This document shows, in pieces, positions 12,001 through 20,405 of a stretch of DNA of 35,779 bases (positions within the stretch are counted from its first letter, which is position 1; each line of letters begins with the position of its first letter). The notes under the pieces are model-generated. The model had not been told where the DNA came from and did no database searches. It saw nothing but the letters and a program-made list of their open reading frames with translations. Both the position numbers and the translations under genes were made by a program. Source of the DNA: Nemertoderma westbladi (Eukaryota; Animalia; Xenacoelomorpha); the NCBI GenBank assembly GCA_032718475.1, contig JAUCBJ010004668.1, forward strand, positions 1 to 35,779. The letters run 5' to 3'.

Positions 12001-15000
12001 TTCTGTTACAGGAAGAGCTACAACTTCTGTAACACCACCCGCTACACTTTCTGTTACAGGAAGAGCTACAACTTCTGTAACACCATCCGCTACACTTTCT
12101 GTTACAGGAAGAGCTACAACTTCTGTAACACCACCCGCTACACTTTCTGTTACAGGAAGAACTACAACTTCTGTAACACAACCCGCTACAATTTCTGTTA
12201 CAGGAAGAACTACAACTTCTGTAACACCACCCGCTACACTTTCTGTTACAGGAAGAACTATAACTTCTGTAACACCGCCCGCTACACTTTCTGCTACAGG
12301 AAGAACTACAACTTCTGTAACACCATCCGCTACACTTTCTGTTACAGAGGAAGAACTACAACTTCTGTAACACCGCCCGCTACACTTTCTGTTACAGGAA
12401 GAACTACAACTTCTGTAACACCGCCCGCTACACTTTCTGTTACAGGAAGAACTACAACTTCTGTAACACCGCCCGCTACACTTTCTGTTACAGGAAGAAC
12501 TACAACTTCTGTAACACCACCCGCTACACTTTCTGTTACAGGAAGAACTACAACTTCTGTAACACCACCCGCTACACTTTCTGTTACAGGAAGAACTACA
12601 TCTTCTGTAACACCACCCGCTATACTTTCTGTTACAGGAAGAACTACAACTTCTGTAACACCACCCGCTATACTTTCTGTTACAGGAAGAACTACAACTT
12701 CTGTAACACCGCCCGCTACACTTTCTGTTACAGGAAGAACTACAACTTCTGTAACACCGCCCGCTACACTTTCTGTTACAGGAAGAGCTACAACTTCTGT
12801 AACACCACCCGCTACACTTTCTGTTACAGGAAGAACTACATCTTCTGTAACACCACCCGCTATACTTTCTGTTACAGGAAGAACTACAACTTCTGTAACA
12901 CCGCCCGCTACACTTTCTGTTACAGGAAGAGCTACAACTTCTGTAACACCACCCGCTACACTTTCTGTTACAGGAAGAACTACAACTTCTGTAACACCAC
13001 CCGCTACACTTTCTGTTACAGGAAGAACTACAACTTCTGTAACACCGCCCGCTACACTTTCTGTTACAGGAAGAACTACAACTTCTGTAACACCGCCCGC
13101 TACACTTTCTGTTACAGGAAGAACTACAACTTCTGTAACACCGCCCGCTACACTTTCTGTTACAGGAAGAGCTACAACTTCTGTAACACCACCCGCTACA
13201 CTTTCTGTTACAGGAAGAACTACAACTTCTGTAACACCGCCCGCTACACTTTCTGTTACAGGAAGAACTACAACTTCTGTAACACCGCCCGCTACACTTT
13301 CTGTTACAGGAAGAACTACAACTTCTGTAACACCGCCCGCTACACTTTCTGTTACAGGAAGAACTACATCTTCTGTAACACCACCCGCTATACTTTCTGT
13401 TACAGGAAGAACTACAACTTCTGTAACACCACCCGCTATACTTTCTGTTACAGGAAGAGCTACAACTTCTGTAACACCACCCGCTACACTTTCTGTTACA
13501 GGAAGAACTACAACTTCTGTAACACCGCCCGCTACACTTTCTGTTACAGGAAGAACTACAACTTCTGTAACACCGCCCGCTACACTTTCTGTTACAGGAA
13601 GAACTACAACTTCTGTAACACCGCCCGCTACACTTTCTGTTACAGGAAGAACTACATCTTCTGTAACACCACCCGCTATACTTTCTGTTACAGGAAGAAC
13701 TACAACTTCTGTAACACCACCCGCTATACTTTCTGTTACAGGAAGAACTACAACTTCTGTAACACCACCCGCTACACTTTCACCGAACTCTACTTACGAA
13801 CTCGCTAAGATTCGTTCCTCCGATGTGCCTTTATCCGGCTCCGACTCCGGTATCAACCTGTCGCACCTCGCTCTCGGTATCTCTGTATCTCTACTCGGTG
13901 GTTTCCTCCTGGGGGGTCTAGTCTGCTGGGTCATCAACAAGCGTTACCATAGCTACCGGCGACGCTCCCGTAACCGTAGGTCCGGGTCACGTTACAGCGG
14001 AACGGGATACCCCCACGTTAAGGTGCGTCTATTTATTAAAAAGTTTATTTTTATTTTTCTATTTCTATTTTTTTTTATTCATTTAATTAAATACTTTAAT
14101 TTATTTTCTAACTATATATATATACACATTATCACAACTTCCCTATTTATATTGAACCTAATGGTGTGTGATTTATGAACAATAAAAGTGATATTGTTAT
14201 TTTTTGTCAGTTATCTATTGACCTACTAAATTAATAATTTTTCAATAACTTTTAGCAGGAGAATCACTAAAATATATTCTCCTCTAAATATACTATTTAT
14301 CACAAAAATCTATTAATTATCACTAAATATGAGAAAAAAGCAGGTTACCGGGGCATGTTATTCTAACCAAAACAATAAACTAAATTCAATTGAGCAGGTT
14401 TTATATTTGATGAAAAATAATACAAAGTGATAATTAATATGTTTTAGTGGATGAAAATGTATATTTTCATGACAAAAATTTATTAGTTAAAACTATTTAT
14501 TTTAGTGGAAAAAGGAATTGTTTTAGTTAATAATAAAATTATTAATATGATTTTATTTTAGGTTGAGTTGCAACCGAGTGGATCGTGTAGGAGTACCGGT
14601 AGCGAGCCAGTTGGGGTTCCGGATCTCCTCGGATACAACAACCAAGACAAGTCGGTACTAACGCGGAACGCACAGGGAACGGCGCGGAACGGACGAATGG
14701 CCAACGGGGGCGTTTACAACCCGCAGTACCAGACGTCGGAACGGGGAGGGGGCTCCCATCGACGTAGTAGCGGGGAACGGAATGGAACGGAGCGGGGAAC
14801 TAACGTCGATCACTACATCTACCAGATATCGGATTTGGAACGGAATTACGGAACGGGGGAACGTCACAGAGGCCCCCGAGGAGGGTCGTTTGGAACCGCG
14901 GAACGGAACCGTAAGGAACTCGGAACTGTGGAACGCACTCGTAAGGAACGCCCGCCAGTCCCTCCTAAACCGGATTACCTTCCTTCCTCCTACAGCGAGA

Positions 15001-15188
15001 CTGACTCCCCGTCTAAAAGCAGCGCAGACTCGTCGCCCCTAGTTACAGACCCCCTCTCCATAGCAACCGTGAACCCGAGGAGACTCACGAATCCGACGAG
15101 TCATTACGCCGACACGCCCCCTAGCCTCGGTAAAACTACGGCCCCTTCAGTCCCCATTAAGGAATCGACTATGTCTCGCAGGTTGTAA
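5310..15188 (+). CDS. Transmembrane semaphorin (Sema + PSI + mucin-like stalk + TM + cytoplasmic tail; class 1/6-like), 7 coding exons: join(5310..6056,6974..7241,9248..9413,10062..10284,11057..11393,[12398 to 13742]..14022,14562..15188); 882-1330 aa depending on the exon 6 acceptor
   Basis: Sema motifs in order across exons: CENYIRLL, TCGTNG..PKC, YRE, YSRIARSCQND, FTSFLKADLSC, YASFTTP, IPGSSVCVY, VPQPRPGLC, FARAHPLL, GTSHGWLLKV, LVEEVQ. PSI motif C..CVSLRDPDCSWD...C. Intron phases 0,1,2,0,1,0 all join in frame with GT..AG ends. Family assignment rests on recalled semaphorin consensus; orthology not determined. Confidence 0.9.
6559..6836. mobile_element. MITE family A, copy 2 (opposite orientation, in semaphorin intron 1)
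   Basis: Starts ggcccatgtgaagaatacc and ends ggtattcttcacattggcg. 8-bp TSD actcacat at 6551-6558 and 6837-6844. Confidence 0.9.
6974..7241 (+). CDS. Semaphorin exon 2 (Sema domain)
   Basis: Acceptor ttgcag|TAC. Encodes YIIYREP...YSRIARSCQND...WFTSFLKADLSC...LYASFTTPQS. Donor G|gtgagt (phase 1). Confidence 0.92.
7278..7431. repeat. Small fold-back (inverted repeat) element in intron 2
   Basis: taaaagtgaagaatatgaggcact (7308-7331) pairs with agtgcctcattatctccactttta (7395-7418). Outer aagttatcatt pairs with aatgatcaactt. Confidence 0.6.
9009..9249 (+). repeat. 40-bp tandem repeat, about 6 copies, overlapping the exon 3 splice acceptor
   Basis: Unit ttacaggttacacttattgtgtttatttactgttactagg. 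The last copy supplies ttactag|GT. Confidence 0.95.
9248..9413 (+). CDS. Semaphorin exon 3 (Sema domain); not in the ORF track
   Basis: Acceptor ttactag|GT. Hand translation (G)IPGSSVCVYKLADIDKVFDTGNFFDESLDLNPFSKVPQPRPGLCVSGEGIPETI(A). Donor GC|gttagt (phase 2). An alternative phase-2 donor exists at 9422/9423. Confidence 0.88.
10062..10284 (+). CDS. Semaphorin exon 4 (Sema domain)
   Basis: Acceptor cccttaaag|A. Encodes FARAHPLLSPPVPQLGPPLFLMTQTRYRVTQIAV...VVYAGTSHGWLLKVV...LVEEVQ. Donor CAG|gtaggt (phase 0). Confidence 0.9.
10294..10660 (+). mobile_element. Family B related element in semaphorin intron 4
   Basis: Starts gtggggcgag and is colinear with 4196-4380. Internal core repeat ttgatgaaattaaaccaaacttggtac at about 10373 and 10521. 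Right end approximate. Confidence 0.65.
10841..11031 (+). repeat. 26-bp AT-rich tandem repeat, about 7 copies, ending about 25 nt before exon 5
   Basis: Unit tttaatttggttttaattaaaggtta. Confidence 0.95.
11057..11393 (+). CDS. Semaphorin exon 5 (end of Sema domain + PSI domain)
   Basis: Acceptor tttatgcag|GCG. Encodes VAKLPRWNCDRADSCAKCVSLRDPDCSWDASSGRC...QDVEGG. Best donor GCAG|gttcgt at 11393/11394 (phase 1); the 3' boundary is less certain. Confidence 0.85.
11802..13780 (+). repeat. 48-bp minisatellite, about 41 copies, at the intron 5/exon 6 boundary
   Basis: Unit gctacactttctgttacaggaagaactacaacttctgtaacaccaccc. Strict 48-bp period except one 2-bp (AG) insertion at 12348-12349. Confidence 0.98.
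12398..14022 (+). CDS. Semaphorin exon 6: Thr/Ser/Pro-rich 16-aa repeat stalk, TM helix, basic stop-transfer segment. 5' boundary ambiguous (any repeat acceptor from 12398 to 13742; minimal exon 13742..14022)
   Basis: Open frame (GRTTTSVTPPATLSVT)n continues into unique PNSTYELAK...LALGISVSLLGGFLLGGLVCWVI-NKRYHSYRRRSR. Donor AAG|gtgcgt at 14022/14023 (phase 0). Confidence 0.7.
14562..15188 (+). CDS. Semaphorin exon 7: cytoplasmic tail to stop
   Basis: Acceptor ttttattttag|GTT (phase 0). GC-rich open frame to TAA at 15186-15188. Contains RPPVPPKP. Confidence 0.85.
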   Translation, partial: VELQPSGSCRSTGSEPVGVPDLLGYNNQDKSVLTRNAQGTARNGRMANGGVYNPQYQTSERGGGSHRRSSGERNGTERGTNVDHYIYQISDLERNYGTGERHRGPRGGSFGTAERNRKELGTVERTRKERPPVPPKPDYLPSSYSETDSPSKSSADSSPLVTDPLSIATVNPRRLTNPTSHYADTPPSLGKTTAPSVPIKESTMSRRL

Positions 15189-15415
15189 TACTTAGTAGAT
15201 TTAATTTTTTTTTTTACTATTTTTGGTATTTTATTTTGGAGTTTTATTTGTAAGATTTGTGCAAACCTACATCTGTACAATCAAATAGGATTTTTATTCG
15301 GTATTAAACTCGCCAATAATGCACTTATGTATAACCAATAACAATGTACAGCGTTTGTTTGTGTATATACTGTATTATTACTAATTAATATAATCAATTA
15401 TGTTAGATGTTCCAC

Positions 15416-15421
15416 AATAAA
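15416..15421 (+). promoter_or_regulatory. Candidate polyadenylation signal of the semaphorin gene
   Basis: AATAAA about 230 nt after the stop codon. The AT-rich context makes chance occurrence plausible. Confidence 0.4.
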
Positions 15422-16799
15422 TCTTATTTAAGTCTTAACATTCTTATTGTCAAGGTTTCAAAAGGGCTAATCTAATAACCAAAACAATAAATTAAATATT
15501 CTCTGGACTTTGGGTTGGGATAATTTCTTGCAGTGAATGGGGGGGGGGGGGGGGGGGTTAGAAGTTATTTGATTAAATTACACGATTATAATTTATCTCA
15601 TATTTTTATAAATTATTAATTACATTTTTCCTTTCATTTGAAAGGCGTCTCCCCCAATAGTTTAATCAATATTCCCTTTGTCTGGCTCCTCCCTATGATT
15701 TCAATTACGTTATTATATTTTCCACTAATAAAGCCACCGTATTCAACGCGTAGCTCTAATTGGACGTTGCTTTGGGCAACCCACGCTCCAATGGAGTCGC
15801 GCTAAACTTATGAATAATATATCGCGTCAGCATTGTGCTGCGACTATGTCTGCCGCAGTATGTGATACACTATTAGTCGTCGACCTTGCTGGGTGTGTCA
15901 GTTCATTTATATATTTGTTACGCTCTTACAGTTCCTGTTCTGCAAGATTTACAGCTGATAATCTTTATTTGGTTTCAATTGAAAACAAATTGAACGTGAT
16001 TATTGCTGAAAGGGATCGTCATAATTGAATTAATAGTAGAATCTCTATCAACAGATTTTGAATTTAGTATTAAAGGTATGGGAGAGAGGAGTCCTATTAA
16101 CCCGGGGGGGGGGGGGGGGGGGGTTGACACAAATTCCATGTCCGCGCAGTCTGTCTAAACTGGGAGCAGCCGCCACTAATATTAATAATATAATTTTGGG
16201 ATATATATTAGTAATATTATATCCCAGCCCAGGTATATTATTTGATTTTTAGACGGAATTCATTAGGGATTTGACGTCTGTGGAGGTGTATTTCATATCA
16301 TATTCTTGCAAACAACAGTACATGCATGCACTATGACACATAATTATTAATATTCAACGAAGCGTGACGAATTTTATGCCTTTCTAAATAATCTCCCGTA
16401 TCTTTGCGATGTCCCTATTATTAAAGAATGATTAGTTTTCCTAGAATATGATCTACTACAGTGGCCGTCATGTTATGTTACAACAGTAACTGTCAGATTA
16501 TGTTAGTTACTTATATGTGCAACTTATACCGGTACCTATGGTGCTGCTAATGGTGAATGTCTAGACAATAAATCACTCTGAATCATGGGACGTTCAAATT
16601 ACTATCATGGGTAACATAATATTGTCTAACTGAGTAAATATGCTGACATGAAATCTTAAAATCACTAGAAACAGAATCCGAAGTGGTGACTATTTGATTC
16701 AAAACACCTCGGCAAATTAAAACTGAGGGTAAGGATCGTGTTACAGTGACGTGTTATTCTAACCAAAACAATAAACCAGTCAAAGTCAATAGCAGCACA

Positions 16800-16968
16800 G
16801 CTTATAGGCACAAAGTTCACCTAAACAGCATTACAATTCACCCAACACCAGTACCTTCACTCAAACAGCACTCAGGTGCACCAGAACAACAAATTCACCA
16901 GACAGCAGTCACGTTAACCTAAAAAGAACTCACGTTCGCCCAACAGCAGTGACGTTCACCCAAACATT
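16800..16968 (+). repeat. Degenerate 20-22 bp minisatellite
   Basis: Recurring (g)ttcacc.aaacagca-like unit, about 8 diverged copies. Confidence 0.6.
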
Positions 16969-17039
16969 TATTTATAAAAAAAAATGAAATTTCCCCTTAT
17001 TTAAGTCTTTTACAGCTGTTACTTCTATTTTATTTTATG

Positions 17040-17125
17040 TCTACTAATTCGTATATTGTTTTTGGGTAAACACCAAAGTGAAATATAACATTAGAAAAAG
17101 TTTAGCATACTTCACATGGGCGCCC
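17040..17125. mobile_element. Deleted terminal fragment of MITE family A
   Basis: tactaattcgt..attgttttt, aaagtgaaatataac and cttcacatgggc match the right part of copy 1. Confidence 0.6.
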
Positions 17126-18328
17126 AAACAAATCTGAGGTTCACGGTTAACCCCACACTCTATTCAGGTTCACCTAACTGTATTTCTCTCTAAACTAAAT
17201 TATAAACGAAACGGCAAGCAATAAATTACGGTTGCTAAGGAGGAAGCTGACAATACAATGGTTGCTAAGTGTCTGACCCACAGATTAGGTTATAACCGAA
17301 CCGGAATAATTAACCGCACTATTATTATAGCTTCCCACCAATGTATATTTAATTGATTTTAAATCTTAATAAGATTTCCGGTGTTTTGTGTTGAACTTAT
17401 TATAAAGAGATTCAAACGGCAATACAGAAACTATATTTATTTAGTCGGCACCAGCAGGCCTAGAGTGTGGAAAGGAGGTTTACTTTGTTTGGATTCAATG
17501 GAAGGTCATTTAACAAATCCCAGGAAATATAATAATTAAATTTATTTGATGCCCAGAAAATCCCGATTTGATTATATCATTTGATAAAGATGCAGTCTTG
17601 GCTGTTATGTCCTGAAGGCATAAAAGGTTGGTTGATAGGGGAGGATATTGTGGGCTGGGTTACAGCTATTCCAAGGCACAATGTCCTTTAATAGAGCCCT
17701 GCCTCCCTTACCCCCCCCGTCCTACAACATCACACTGCGAGATTTTTTTAAGGAGGTAAGTTCAAGGAGGGATTCTATAGTGATTGCAACTGAGATGGTT
17801 AGTGTGTAATCTGTGTATTATACAGTATATAGGCCTACTACTGTAGCTAGGCCTACCATACTGTATAACCTGTAAAGGATTACCGCAGCTATACACTACA
17901 CTAGGCCTACAGTACATATTGGTCGCTGCTGCTTTATTCTCACCTTACTACACTACGTGGTTATATTGATACAGCCTTAATTCTAAATTCTATCTTTGGT
18001 TATAAAAACAAGATGAGTGAGTGATATATAATCATACTGTACTCGTAATGTAGTGTTATGGAGTCGGTTAACATAGATCAAATTATATAGGCTGGTTGTT
18101 AAGTAGCCTGCAAGACGAGCCGTGATGCTAAAGTCAATGCATTATAAATTAGTCAGTCACACGCTTTATAAGTACGGTAGGCCTACACAACACAAAGCAA
18201 AGGCGCAACAAGAATTACTAATATTGTATTTAATTTCGCGATGTTTAATTATACTGAATGTATCATTCTGGCTCCCTTTGAGTATCTCATCTTCTCTAGC
18301 CCCTTTCCCCTTATAAATTAATAGTCAC

Positions 18329-18637
18329 GGCCCATATGAAGAATACCAGACTTTCTCCAGTTATATTTCACTTTGCAGATACCCCCACATGAAGAATACC
18401 AGACTTTCTGCCGTTATATTTAACTTGGCAGTTACCCCCATGTGAAGAATACCAGACTTTCTGCCGTTATATTTAACTTGGCAGTTACCCCCATGTGAAG
18501 AATACCAGACTTTCTGCCGTTATATTTCACTTTGCAGTTACCCCCATGTGAAGAATACCAGACTTTCTGTCGTTATATTTCACTTTGCAGTTACCCCCCA
18601 TGTGAAGAATACCAGACTTTCTGCCGTTATATTTCAC
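18329..18637 (+). repeat. 53-bp minisatellite, about 6 copies, derived from the end of MITE family A
   Basis: Unit cccatgtgaagaataccagactttctgccgttatatttcactttgcagttacc matches 6561-6613. The array starts with the element terminus ggccca. Confidence 0.92.
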
Positions 18638-19779
18638 GGCGCAAATGCTCCATTTGCGCTCTCCACCTGGATAAAAAGAATATACAGAGGTATGTAGGCC
18701 TACAGTTTATTTGGAGGTCAGGCGCGAGCTACTATAAAGATATAGCAGTATTTGAAGTCTTAAGTTTTTGATGGAGTTATCCAAACTTTATGTCTTCACA
18801 AGTAGTCTCTCAGTTTAAACCCTATGTGGCTCGGGTTATCTAGCACTGGCTGATTATTATAAAGACACATAAAAAAAAATAAAAATAAATAAACAATAAA
18901 TAATGTAAGTACAGTAACATAATATCTAAAATTATTGGTGCAGTCTTGATTCTAACTTCTATTTTGTTTAGTTATAACCTAAATAGGATCTCTAGATAAC
19001 AACCAGATAAGTTTGTATACAGCGTAATTATCCTGCTGTAGTGTCATAGAGAGTTGGCTATCTTGGATCACATTATTATAGGCCTACTACATGTATACCG
19101 GTAGGTAGTTTGTTTATGGTTGAACCATGAGTAATCTTCGATCATTGTAAATTATTGAGGTAATATAAAAAAAAAATTAATTGCATTAAAAATTTAATTG
19201 CGTAATATTAACAAGTAATTCATTATAATTTATTATTGATAAGTAATCAATATACTGTAGACAGTTTAGAAACTTATCATATCTCAAATTCTTTTGTGAA
19301 TAAAAAGTCTTCGTTTCCCTCCAGAAACGACAATAGAATGATGACACTGACAGGTAAAACTGACGTAGATTGGCCTTTAATCTACAATATATACAGCTTT
19401 TAGGCCTACAGTATATGTAGGATTTATCCCAGACTCATTATCTGATGTGGGTTGACACATCACATTGATAGATTAAATGCGACTGGGCTCGCTAATGATT
19501 CGCATCTCCGAGTTCCAAACTCTGCCCCAGCCATGAAATGCTCAAATAATCCGGCATATCAACTTCAATAAACAAGAAATTCCGTTTGTAAAACCGCCCG
19601 ATCGAATTAGTAAGGCTTTCTGTATAATCAATAAGAAATACAGTAATAGGATTTTCTGAATTGTTATAGTGTATACCGTTAGGTGCCTAAGGAAGGTCGT
19701 TGTTACTTTCAGCTGGAATTGTAGCTGGTTGGCGGCTTTCTAAAGTGCTACTCTCAGCAAATTAAATATTTCGTTTAGT

Positions 19780-20405
19780 GTGGGGCGAGACACGTAGTCG
19801 GCGAGCCTTGGCATACGGTTCATATAGGGCAAATGGGGCATGTCCGTCTGTCTGTCTGTCTGTCTGTCCGTCTGTCTGGTAAATGTTTGAACGCGAATTT
19901 CTCGGCATCGCTGGTTCGGAATTGAACCAAACTTAGTAGGTAAGTAGTAGAGAGAAAGTTTAGAAAGTTTGTAAAGTTTGGTGAAAAATCATGCAGTCTG
20001 ACGTCAGCTACGACAGATTATGTGGTTTTTAGAAAATGTTAAATTTCTCGGGAAGGCCTCATTTTCCTGAGCTGAAATTTTGGTGGCCTGTAGAGAATCA
20101 TGAAGTCTATCTTTTACGAAATTGAAAAGTTAAGACATTTAATTGGGGATCCGCTAGAGACTCAGAAGTAATGACATAGGCCTACCGGTACGGTACTGCT
20201 GTACAGTGCTGCACTGGTAAGTACGAAATTGCAGAATAACAATTTGACACCACCTAGCGGATTAACATATGATTGTATATCGAATGAATACATTTATAGC
20301 ATGGGATATGGGGTCCAAACTAGACATGCCCCATTTGCTCTACATGAACCGTATGCCAAGGCTTGCCGACTACGTGCTGCGCGAAGTCCCCACGAACGTG
20401 TAGTT
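19780..20405 (+). mobile_element. DINE-1/HINE-like (non-autonomous Helentron-type) element with long inverted repeats, family B
   Basis: About 65-bp IR (19780-19844 vs 20323-20393), (GTCY)n microsatellite at 19842-19877, aaccaaactt core, and a terminal mini-hairpin cacg-aa-cgtg followed by tagtt. Class assignment is by analogy. Confidence 0.7.

Noticed and set aside
11795-12181. Cys-rich minus-strand ORF resembling a metallothionein or keratin-associated protein
   Set aside because: Antisense reading of the 48-bp repeat; no independent support.
18329-18637. CRISPR-like appearance of regularly spaced repeats here and in the other arrays
   Set aside because: No unique spacers, no cas genes, and a spliceosomal-intron eukaryotic context.
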